A DNA stretch of 64,000 nt from Limisphaerales bacterium. Its GTDB lineage: Bacteria > Verrucomicrobiota > Verrucomicrobiia > Limisphaerales > JAYTXL01. The DNA lies in the NCBI GenBank assembly GCA_046593035.1, contig JBKJSC010000097.1:44013-108012 (forward strand). Direction: 5' to 3'. Every line of letters begins with the position of its first letter. The first letter of the stretch is position 1. The position numbers and the translations under genes were made by a program. Below the pieces are notes generated by a model, which worked only from the letters and a program-made list of their open reading frames with translations, searched no databases and was not told the origin of the DNA. This document shows, in pieces, positions 56,766-64,000 of the stretch.

Positions 56766-58354
56766 TGGCGCGCGTTGTCGCAGGAACGGCAAACCTCACA
56801 ATAATTATGAACCAGAAACTTGAACCGTTCCGCGCTGAAAACCTGTCCGAACAGCAAGACGACCCCCTCACCCGCCCTTCGGGCACCCTCTCCCCCACTG
56901 GGGGAGAGGGATGGGGTGAGGGGGAAAGCTTGGATGCGAGTATCCCATCCTTATTCCGATCAGTTATCACGCGACGGCGCGCGCTCGGTTCACTGGCGGT
57001 GGCTTGTGGCGCTGCGGTGGCTTTCGACACCTTTGCAGCCGCTACTGGCAAAGGTTATCGTTTGGCGACATTCTCCGCTGACGTGACGCCGCCGTTGGGA
57101 CATCCGCTCATGGGCGGCGGCATTGCTCATGCGTCCGTCGTGGTCGATCCACTTTTCGCAAAAGGCCTGGTTCTGCTGGGCTTCGACGCGCCGCTCGTGT
57201 TGGTGTCGGTGGACTGGTGCGAGATTCGCAACGACGCCTATGATCGCTGGCGCGCGTTGCTGGCCGAGGCCGCCGGGACCACGCCGGAGCGCGTGCTGGT
57301 GACGAGCACGCATGTGCATGACTCGCCGATCGCCGATCTGGAGGCCGAGCGCATTCTGAAACAACACAAGGCTACCGGCAGCATTTGCATGTTGGAATTT
57401 CATGAACAGGCCGTGCGTCGCGTCGCCGCCGCGTTGCGGGACAACCTCGGGAAAGCGCAGCGCATTTCCCACATCGGCACCGGTCAGGCGAAGGTTTCCC
57501 AAGTGGCGTCCAACCGGCGCTACCTCGGGCCCGACGGCAAACCCGCGTTTGACCGGGGCAGCGCCACGCGCAATGCGGCGCTCCGAGAATTGCCGGAAGG
57601 CACCATTGATCCGTGGCTGAAAACGCTCAGTTTTTGGGACGGAGATCGCGCGGTGGCTGCGGTGAATGCTTACGCCACGCACCCGATGAGTTATTATGGC
57701 AAGGGCGGTGTCTCGGATGATTTTGTCGGGCTGGCGCGTCGCCGTCGGATGGCGGATGACCCCAAGGTGTTTCAAATTTATGTCTCCGGTTGCAGCGGCA
57801 ACGTCACGGCGGGCAAGTTCAACGACGGCTCGCCGGAGAATCGCGCCGTGCTCGCGGAGCGCATGTACCAGGCGATGTCCGCCGCGTGGAAAGCAACGCA
57901 ACGCCGGCCGATCAAGACCTTTGATTTTCGCGTCGTGCCCTTGCGGCTGGAGCCGCGCAATTCACCGGGCTTGACCGTGGAGGATTTGACCAAGCGGCTG
58001 ACCACCGATCCCCGGCCGTTCGGACAATGCCTCGCCGCGCTGGGCTTGAGCTGGCGGAAGCGCGCGGACGCCGGCGGCAAGATTGATTTGCCCGTGCTCG
58101 ATTTTGGATTCGCGCAGTTGCTGTTGCTGCCGGGTGAATCGTATGTGGAATATCAACTCCTCGCCCAACAGTTGCGCCCGGATTCCTTTGTAATGGTGAT
58201 GGGCTACGGCGAATCGGCCACCGGCTACATCCCGACCGATCAGGCCTTTGCGGAAGACGACACGAATCTGCGCGACTGGTGCTGGGTCGCGCCCGGCTCC
58301 GAAGCCGCGATGGCGGCGGCATTGAAAGCGGCGTTGAAACCGTCGCAGCGTTAG
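56765..58354 (+). CDS. Tat-signal protein, neutral-ceramidase-N-terminal-like hydrolase fold (hypothetical)
   Basis: SVITRRRALGSLAVACGAAVA twin-arginine signal. DVTPPLGHPLMGG...DPLFAKGLVL......LVSVDW...VLVTSTHVHDSP resembles the ceramidase_alk N-domain. The start is ambiguous. ATG 56765 overlaps the previous stop (TAATG), but codons about 33-54 are a palindromic repeat. An in-frame TTG at 56930 would place the repeat in the 5-prime UTR. Confidence 0.55.
   Translation: MARVVAGTANLTIIMNQKLEPFRAENLSEQQDDPLTRPSGTLSPTGGEGWGEGESLDASIPSLFRSVITRRRALGSLAVACGAAVAFDTFAAATGKGYRLATFSADVTPPLGHPLMGGGIAHASVVVDPLFAKGLVLLGFDAPLVLVSVDWCEIRNDAYDRWRALLAEAAGTTPERVLVTSTHVHDSPIADLEAERILKQHKATGSICMLEFHEQAVRRVAAALRDNLGKAQRISHIGTGQAKVSQVASNRRYLGPDGKPAFDRGSATRNAALRELPEGTIDPWLKTLSFWDGDRAVAAVNAYATHPMSYYGKGGVSDDFVGLARRRRMADDPKVFQIYVSGCSGNVTAGKFNDGSPENRAVLAERMYQAMSAAWKATQRRPIKTFDFRVVPLRLEPRNSPGLTVEDLTKRLTTDPRPFGQCLAALGLSWRKRADAGGKIDLPVLDFGFAQLLLLPGESYVEYQLLAQQLRPDSFVMVMGYGESATGYIPTDQAFAEDDTNLRDWCWVAPGSEAAMAAALKAALKPSQR
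56863..56924. repeat. nested perfect palindrome repeat
   Basis: The outer pair is CCCCCTCACCC (56863-56873) / GGGTGAGGGGG. The inner pair is CCCTCTCCCCC-ACT-GGGGGAGAGGG (56886-56910, perfect 11 bp). It is related to 28170-28205. Confidence 0.65.
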
Positions 58355-58734
58355 GCCATACTCTTGGACTGACCGTGTAACTCTCGTGCATGGATAACAA
58401 ACTCAAGGAACGACAAGCGATGCCCGCATTTCGCGCAACACTTGTCCTTGGTGATGACCGGCTCAACACTGCGAATAAACTGCCATCCGCGCGCCATGCC
58501 AACACTCCGACCAAGTGGAAGCCCAAAATACGTCGGATCCCATGAGCTGAAGTCGGCCTGGCAAAAATCGCACAGGACAAGTGAAAGGTCGCCGAAGACG
58601 CGATACTCAGCGTACGTGTGCTCGCCATCGCGTGCCTCGTCAATCTCGCCGGTGGCACTTCCACACTCCATGCAAGGAGCGACTTCACGAATCTCCAGTT
58701 GCTCGTAACACAGTGGACAGTGAGTGGCTTGCAT
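58351..58734 (-). CDS. hypothetical Cys-rich zinc-ribbon protein (127 aa)
   Basis: CPLC...CMEC...CDFC...CAKC, i.e. four CxxC pairs. It overlaps the convergent gene end by 4 nt. No family recognised. Confidence 0.5.
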   Translation of the reverse strand: MQATHCPLCYEQLEIREVAPCMECGSATGEIDEARDGEHTYAEYRVFGDLSLVLCDFCQADFSSWDPTYFGLPLGRSVGMARGWQFIRSVEPVITKDKCCAKCGHRLSFLEFVIHARELHGQSKSMA

Positions 58735-58754
58735 GACGAACCGAGCGATGTGGC

Positions 58755-58886
58755 CTATCGTATAAACCCAACCGGCTTGGGGAACAGGGCTTCGATTTCC
58801 GCCAAGTCTTTCGGGTCGGCGGGGTGCGGGGTTTCCGGTTGCCCGTTGAGCGTCACGATTTCGGATTCGCGCTGGGTTGATTTCAT
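58755..58886 (-). CDS. 43-aa mini-protein duplicating the C-terminal tail of the FecR-domain protein
   Basis: Not in the track (under 60 aa). My translation is MKSTQRESEIVTLNGQPETPHPADPKDLAEIEALFPKPVGFIR*. The ATG lies 1 nt after the TGA of the upstream ORF. Against the FecR-gene tail, 7 of 9 differing codons are synonymous. Confidence 0.55.
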   Translation of the reverse strand: MKSTQRESEIVTLNGQPETPHPADPKDLAEIEALFPKPVGFIR

Positions 58887-58887
58887 A

Positions 58888-59082
58888 TCACGCCTTGCGG
58901 CGTTTGGTTTGAAGGTTCACGACCGGATGGCCGGAATGTTTCTGACGCTCGCGCGCCTCGGCGAAAAGGCGGTCAATGCTGTGGCCGCGCGCGGCGGAAA
59001 GCGCATCCTTGGCACGCCACACTTCGCGCAGCACCAAATCCTTTTCCACGTAAAGGTTGGCTGTCTTCGTTGTCTTGCTCAT
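58888..59082 (-). CDS. hypothetical small protein (64 aa)
   Basis: MSKTTKTANLYVEKDLVLREVWRAKDALSAARGHSIDRLFAEARERQKHSGHPVVNLQTKRRKA. It lies between the two copies of the duplicated FecR 3-prime end. No family name known to me. Confidence 0.45.
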   Translation of the reverse strand: MSKTTKTANLYVEKDLVLREVWRAKDALSAARGHSIDRLFAEARERQKHSGHPVVNLQTKRRKA

Positions 59083-59130
59083 AGGATTCTTGCAGCAGTT
59101 CTTCCGGCGTTCACGTCGAAATGAATTGGG

Positions 59131-60171
59131 CTATCGGATAAACCCGACGGGCTTGGGGAACAGGGCTTCGATTTCGGCCAGGTCTTTCGGGTCGGCGGGG
59201 TGCGGGTCTGCCGGCTGCCCGTTGAGCGTTACGCTGGCGGCTTCACCGAGCTTGATCGTCACGGTGCGGGACGCGGAGGTGTTCCCATTGAACGCCACCG
59301 AACCGTCGCCCACGGTGGACGTGGTGGTCTTTTGCGCGTTGGAATCAACGATGAACTTGGTGCCGAGAATGCCCGTGGTGGCCGCCGGGGTTTTCACGCT
59401 GAACTTGGATTTCATCGCGCCGGGCTTGATGCTCGCGATGATGCGACCTTCATCGACTTGCAGGGAAACCTGTCCGTCGGCGAGCCGGAGGTGCAGCCGG
59501 GATTGCGGGCGCAAACTGACCTGACCGGCAGTACCGAGATTGAGCATCAGTTCCGAGTTTTCCTTCGTCATGATTTCCGAGCCGATGACGAGCGTGAGGT
59601 TGGTTTTGGAAACGGTTTCCCAGGCGTTGAACGGTGAGGGGCGATGGCGGACTTCGCCTTTGAATTGCGCGACCATCGGCGCATTGGATTTCAGACTTTG
59701 AAAACCAAGGTTCGCGGCCACCACGAGAATCCCGACCAGCACCAGCGCGCCGATCCAGGCGAACAGACTGCCGCGATAGGTGCCGCGAAACAGGATCATC
59801 GTCAGCGGCACGACCAACAGCAGCAACACGCCCAGCCCGGCGACGAGCAGCAGCAGCAATTTGGAAATGCTGGGCAGCGAGGGCGCAACATAGACCTCCA
59901 TCGCCGCCAGGCCAAACAGCAGCAGCGCGGCCCCGAGAACGGCGGCGATGCCGGCGACTCCGCCGGTGTTGTTGCGGGCCTGACAGCGCGATTGGATGAG
60001 CCGGAGCGTGGGCGGGATCACGACGAGCAACACTGCGGCGGCGGCCCAGAGTTGCAGCGTGGAACCGGCGTTGAGCAAGGCGGACTGCAAACAGCCCAAG
60101 GCCTTTTCGACTAGTGGATGGGTGAGCATAATGTGATGTGTTGACGTGATGTTTCGTGAGCCACCACTCAA
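59131..60171 (-). CDS. FecR-domain protein with N-terminal multi-TM region
   Basis: About 4 TM helices, then the FecR-like beta region (..GEVRHRP....W......L..G..I.T...S...L.L......L.P.S.L.L......L.V..G......K.......F.V.TP.A..GILGTKF.V). An alternative ATG is at 60129. Confidence 0.8.
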   Translation of the reverse strand: MSGGSRNITSTHHIMLTHPLVEKALGCLQSALLNAGSTLQLWAAAAVLLVVIPPTLRLIQSRCQARNNTGGVAGIAAVLGAALLLFGLAAMEVYVAPSLPSISKLLLLLVAGLGVLLLLVVPLTMILFRGTYRGSLFAWIGALVLVGILVVAANLGFQSLKSNAPMVAQFKGEVRHRPSPFNAWETVSKTNLTLVIGSEIMTKENSELMLNLGTAGQVSLRPQSRLHLRLADGQVSLQVDEGRIIASIKPGAMKSKFSVKTPAATTGILGTKFIVDSNAQKTTTSTVGDGSVAFNGNTSASRTVTIKLGEAASVTLNGQPADPHPADPKDLAEIEALFPKPVGFIR

Positions 60172-60206
60172 AAGTCAAATTGTAAAATGGGTGATGCCGT
60201 ACTCGC

Positions 60207-62318
60207 TCAAGCGGACGGCGGCGGTTGGGAACTGGGACGAATCACAGTGGTCTCCAACGTTGCATTGGCCCAGGGGACTTCAAAGATTTTCACCGGTTCT
60301 TGAATGCCTTGCACCAAGGTCGGCGGCAATTCGCGGCAGGTAGCGGCCAGGGCGGGATCATCGCGCAGCAAGTCCTGATACGTCGTTTCGCCGATGATGA
60401 TTTGGTCGCGCTCGGCGACGCCCTCCAGACGGCTGGCCAGATTCACCTCCCGGCCAAAGACGGTGTAATTCAAGATATGCGTTTCTGAACCCATCAGGCC
60501 CACCGTGGCCATGCCGGTGTTGATGCCGGTGCCCAGCGTGAGGAGGGAGAGCATCGGCAACTTCGGCTGGCTATCAGTACGGTTTTCCTGTTCACGCCGA
60601 CGGTTTTCCGCTGCGCGTTCGAGGTTCAATGCTTGAATCGCCCGGTGTGCTTCTATGGCGGCTTTGACGGTGCTTACCGCGTGGCGCTCGTTCGGAACGG
60701 GCGCGCCCCAAAACGCCATGACGGAATCGCCGATGTATTTGTCGAGCGTGCCGCCGTGTTGCTTCACTTGGTCGGCGACGATGCTGAGGTACAGATTGAC
60801 CGTGCCAAGCACATCGCCGGCTTGGGCGTTCATGCACGCCGCCGCCGCCGGGCCGGTCAATTGGCGCGTACGCACCTGTTCCAGCGCCTCCAGATGGCGG
60901 GTGTTGGTCAATTCCGTGAAGCCGCGAATGTCGGCGAAGCAGATCGTCACCGGGCGATTCTCGCCGCCGAGCGACAGGTGCGGGGCGCGGAGCAATTCAT
61001 CCACAACTTCCGGAGCGACGATCTTCGCAAACACCGCCCGGACGCGCCGCCGTTCGTTCTGCTCGAAGATCACGCGATAAGTCACCAGGCAAACGTGGGT
61101 CAGCACCAGTGCCCCCACCGGCATGACCACCGGAAGCCAGTAGCGTTGCGTTGTGTACACGAACGCGGCCAACGCAACGTACACCGCCGCGAGTCCCACG
61201 ATCCAGCCCGAAGCGCGGAGCACGCGCGTTTGCTGGGTGACGAACGCGGACACACCGGCGAGCAACAGGATCAATCCCAGCGCCATGCTTACCGGCGCGC
61301 GCCGCACGAATCGTCCGGTCAGCACCGAGTTCGCCACGTTCCATTGTTTGCTCAAGAGATACGTGTCCTTGGCCAGCGGCGTGGTGCCGATGTCGGAAAC
61401 ATTGTTGCCCGAAACGATGGAGCCGATCACCACGAGCTTGTCGCGCCAGACGGTTTCATTCGTGATCGTTCCACCTGCCGCGCGCTGCCGGGCCTGTTGC
61501 AACAAGTCGGAAAAACTTTCGGTGGCGATGCGCCCGTCATTCCACGCCAGGCTCCAGTCGATGTAGAAAAAACCATCCTGGTCCGCCGGGATGACCCGCT
61601 CCACGCCGCCGGGGCCGCGCAAAACGATGCGGCCCGGTTCAACCGTCGCGTGCGCCAGGTCCAGCCCCAGATCGCGCGCGGCCAGCACGATGGCCAGTTG
61701 CCAGATGCGCCCATGCACCGGGTCATCGCGAAAGGCGCGCGCCCGGCGCAACACGCCGTCGGAATCCGCGTCGCTGACGATGTGTGCGGTGGCGGCGGCG
61801 TTGGTGCGAAACAGGTCGGCGGGCATGAGCGCGTGCCAAGTGCGGTTGGTGGTTTCGCCCATCGCCGCCAGCACCACGTTGCCGGTTTCCCGAAGTTGCC
61901 GCGCGAAATATTCATCCGATTCCAACCGGCCTTCGCCGGGCATTTCGACGGCGGTGGCGGGATTGGACGGATGCAACTCACCGAAGCGAATATCGAACCC
62001 CACCGCCTTCGCGCCTTGCGCCTTCAACTCCCGAATCACCCGCCCGTGAAGCTGGCGCGGCCACGGCCAGTTAACCTGATGCTCGCGGTTGACGGCGGTG
62101 AGGCTGTCATCGTCGATGAACACCGCACCGAGATTGGGGGCCACTGGCGCGGTGGCATCGAAGGCGAGGCGCACGCGCCAGTCGTAGGTGATCCATTCCA
62201 AGCGCTCGAACAGATTGAAACCGGGGGAAACCGTCGGCAGGACTTGGAGCAAGCCCGTCAGCGACACGACCGCGACGGCAATCACCATCGGGACGAACTT
62301 CGCTGGGACTGGTTTCAC
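60207..62318 (-). CDS. CHASE2-domain class III adenylate/guanylate cyclase
   Basis: N-terminal TM plus a CHASE2 extracytoplasmic domain (LERLEWITYDWRVR...VFIDDDSL...), 3 TM, and a cyclase core (ICFADIRGFTEL...DKYIGDSVMAFWGAP...GINTGMATVGLMGS....NYTVFGREVNLASRLE). Confidence 0.9.
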   Translation of the reverse strand: MKPVPAKFVPMVIAVAVVSLTGLLQVLPTVSPGFNLFERLEWITYDWRVRLAFDATAPVAPNLGAVFIDDDSLTAVNREHQVNWPWPRQLHGRVIRELKAQGAKAVGFDIRFGELHPSNPATAVEMPGEGRLESDEYFARQLRETGNVVLAAMGETTNRTWHALMPADLFRTNAAATAHIVSDADSDGVLRRARAFRDDPVHGRIWQLAIVLAARDLGLDLAHATVEPGRIVLRGPGGVERVIPADQDGFFYIDWSLAWNDGRIATESFSDLLQQARQRAAGGTITNETVWRDKLVVIGSIVSGNNVSDIGTTPLAKDTYLLSKQWNVANSVLTGRFVRRAPVSMALGLILLLAGVSAFVTQQTRVLRASGWIVGLAAVYVALAAFVYTTQRYWLPVVMPVGALVLTHVCLVTYRVIFEQNERRRVRAVFAKIVAPEVVDELLRAPHLSLGGENRPVTICFADIRGFTELTNTRHLEALEQVRTRQLTGPAAAACMNAQAGDVLGTVNLYLSIVADQVKQHGGTLDKYIGDSVMAFWGAPVPNERHAVSTVKAAIEAHRAIQALNLERAAENRRREQENRTDSQPKLPMLSLLTLGTGINTGMATVGLMGSETHILNYTVFGREVNLASRLEGVAERDQIIIGETTYQDLLRDDPALAATCRELPPTLVQGIQEPVKIFEVPWANATLETTVIRPSSQPPPSA

Positions 62319-62415
62319 GCGCCGAAGCCAAGCAAATTAAGCCGAGCAACACAAGCGCGTTGACGGTGCAAACTTTTTCCGTGTCCTGCGCGCGGTGCTG
62401 GTTTATGAATGAGGC

Positions 62416-63531
62416 GTGAAGACTTTACCACCGCCCCTGCAACAGGTGGATCGCACATACGTTCTCTTTCGCGGTCGCAAGCTGTCCTACTTCGGCGGCT
62501 GCGATTACTTCCGACTCGCGAGTCATCCGGCGGTGGTGCGCGCGGTGCATGAGGGCTTGGACCAGTTCGGCCTGAACGTCGCCGCCTCGCGCAAAACCAC
62601 TGGCAATCACCGGCTCTACGAGGAACTGGAGCAAAAGCTCGCGCGGTTTTTCAAAGCTGAACGCGCGGTGTTCGTCTCGAATGGCTATCTCACCAACCTC
62701 GTCGTGGCGCAGGTGCTGGCGGGTGAGTTCACGCACGCGCTCGTGGATGCGCGGGCGCACGCGAGCTTGCAGGACGCGGCGGAGTTGCTGGGTTGTCCGG
62801 TCATCCCTTGCGCGCATCGCGACCCGGCGGACTTCGCGCGGCGCTTGCAGCGGCTCGCCAAATCGGCCAAACCGCTGCTCCTTACCGACGGCATGTTCGC
62901 GTACGATGGCTCCCTCGCGCCACTGGCCGCGTATATGAAACTTCTGCCCCGCCACGGCCGCCTGCTCGTGGACGACGCGCACGGCGCGGGCGTGCTCGGC
63001 AAAAGCGGCGGCGGAACGGTGGAACTGGAAGGCCTCGGCCGTGAGCGCGTCATCCAGACAGTGACGTTGAGCAAGGCCTTCGGCGTCTATGGCGGCGCGG
63101 TGCTGGCGTCGAGAGAAGTCTGTGGGCGCATCGCCGAGCGCAGCCGCATGTTCACGGGTAACACCCCGCTGCCGTTGCCGCTGGTGAACGCGGCTTTGCA
63201 GGCGTTGAAAATTTTTCAAAGCGACCGGCTGATGCGCCATCGTCTCGCGCGGAACACGCAACGCGTGAAGAATGCTTTGCGCGCCACCGGCCTGCCGTTG
63301 GCCGACACGCCCAGTCCGATTATCGCCGTGACGCCCCGCAATCCAGGTCACGCGCGGCGGCTGCAGCAAAACCTTCTGTCGGCGGGCATTTACCCCAGCT
63401 TCATCCGCTATCCCGGCGGGCCGGAGAACGGCTACTTTCGTTTTGCGCTGTCGAGCGAGCACACGCCCGCGCAACTCGGCCAGCTCGTGAAAGTGCTGTC
63501 TGAATTCGGATGTCCCGTGAAGGTTTGTTGA
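62416..63531 (+). CDS. bioF: alpha-oxoamine synthase family PLP enzyme (8-amino-7-oxononanoate synthase-like)
   Basis: GTG start. ...YFGGCDYFRLASHP....A......G....ASR...G......LE..LA.F.......F.SGY.AN; DDAHG.GVLG; TLSKAFG (PLP lysine). The symbol is tentative, because KBL/SPT paralogues look similar. Confidence 0.7.
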   Translation: MKTLPPPLQQVDRTYVLFRGRKLSYFGGCDYFRLASHPAVVRAVHEGLDQFGLNVAASRKTTGNHRLYEELEQKLARFFKAERAVFVSNGYLTNLVVAQVLAGEFTHALVDARAHASLQDAAELLGCPVIPCAHRDPADFARRLQRLAKSAKPLLLTDGMFAYDGSLAPLAAYMKLLPRHGRLLVDDAHGAGVLGKSGGGTVELEGLGRERVIQTVTLSKAFGVYGGAVLASREVCGRIAERSRMFTGNTPLPLPLVNAALQALKIFQSDRLMRHRLARNTQRVKNALRATGLPLADTPSPIIAVTPRNPGHARRLQQNLLSAGIYPSFIRYPGGPENGYFRFALSSEHTPAQLGQLVKVLSEFGCPVKVC

Positions 63532-63561
63532 CGCAGCGAGCGGAATCTTCAGAATCAGTTC

Positions 63562-64000
63562 ATGCAAACTCTACTCCGGCGCACTGCCTTTCTACTGCTC
63601 ACCTTCAATCTCTGCTGCACCGTCCGCGCCGCCGACGATTATCAGCCCGGTCCCGACTCCAAACCGCAGGAAGGCGTGCCCAAAGGCGAGGCCACACATT
63701 ACACGTTCGAGAGCAGTAAGATTTTTCCCGGCACCACGCGCGACTACTGGGTCTATGTGCCCAAGCAATACGATCCGGCCAAGCCCGCCTGCGTCTTCGT
63801 CTGTCAGGACGGCATCCAGTACAATGCGCCGGTGGTGTTCGACAACCTCATTCACAAAAAGGAAATGCCGGTGACGATCGGTGTCTTCATCATGCACGGG
63901 CGCGTGAAAGCGCCGAATGATCAGGCACTCGACCGTTTCAATCGCAGCTACGAGTACGACGGTCTCGGCGACGCCTATGCGCGCTTCGTGCTGGAGGAAA
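63562..64000 (+). CDS. secreted esterase-family (PF00756-like) protein, N-terminal part; continues beyond right edge
   Basis: Absent from the track (open at the edge). My translation is MQTLLRRTAFLLLTFNLCCTVRAADDYQPGPDSKPQEGVPKGE...SKIFPGTTRDYWVYVPKQYDPAKPACVFVCQDG... Confidence 0.65.
   Translation, partial: MQTLLRRTAFLLLTFNLCCTVRAADDYQPGPDSKPQEGVPKGEATHYTFESSKIFPGTTRDYWVYVPKQYDPAKPACVFVCQDGIQYNAPVVFDNLIHKKEMPVTIGVFIMHGRVKAPNDQALDRFNRSYEYDGLGDAYARFVLEE

Overview
This is a 64-kb, visibly GC-rich chromosomal segment. By inference it comes from a PVC-superphylum genome (Verrucomicrobiota/Planctomycetota type). The basis is two PSCyt1/DUF1549/DUF1553 giant proteins, one paired with a DUF1501 protein, many lipoprotein and twin-arginine envelope proteins, and dense families of short GC-rich palindromic repeats.

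I support about 60 protein genes and one tRNA-Arg(CCT). I see no rRNA, CRISPR array, intact IS element or prophage.

Gene content:
- Core metabolism: speA, accA, a zwf-GNAT-pgl operon, panB, moaC, a mogA/moaB-like gene, pyrF, sthA-like, manA, mfd, a bioF-like gene, an aldehyde dehydrogenase, NIF3, and a futalosine-type radical-SAM gene.
- Envelope, efflux and signalling: an RND pump with its adaptor; a CpxAR-like two-component pair beside a PQQ beta-propeller and an LTXXQ (Spy/CpxP-like) protein; a split MacAB-type ABC exporter; and two class III nucleotidyl cyclases, each with its own accessory periplasmic proteins.
- Small AT-richer islets at about 10.5-11, 12.8-14.5, 28.2-28.6 and 43.5-45.1 kb. 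They carry orphan genes, decayed mobile-element fragments and a PIN toxin-antitoxin pair.

I cannot point to a clear new defence-type system. The observations I rank highest, all readable directly in the sequence, are:
1. The mfd ORF is studded with at least six in-frame segments that are the same kind of palindromic repeat found in intergenic DNA. One is a direct homologue of an intergenic copy in this window.
2. A free-standing 43-codon ORF duplicates the C-terminal tail of the FecR-domain partner of the CHASE2 cyclase. The two copies differ almost only by synonymous changes.
3. A cupredoxin-like / HAMP-cyclase / beta-barrel / GT39 gene string has tight or overlapping junctions.

Many long ORFs in the supplied track are antisense shadow ORFs or 5-prime over-extensions. 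I trimmed or rejected them.
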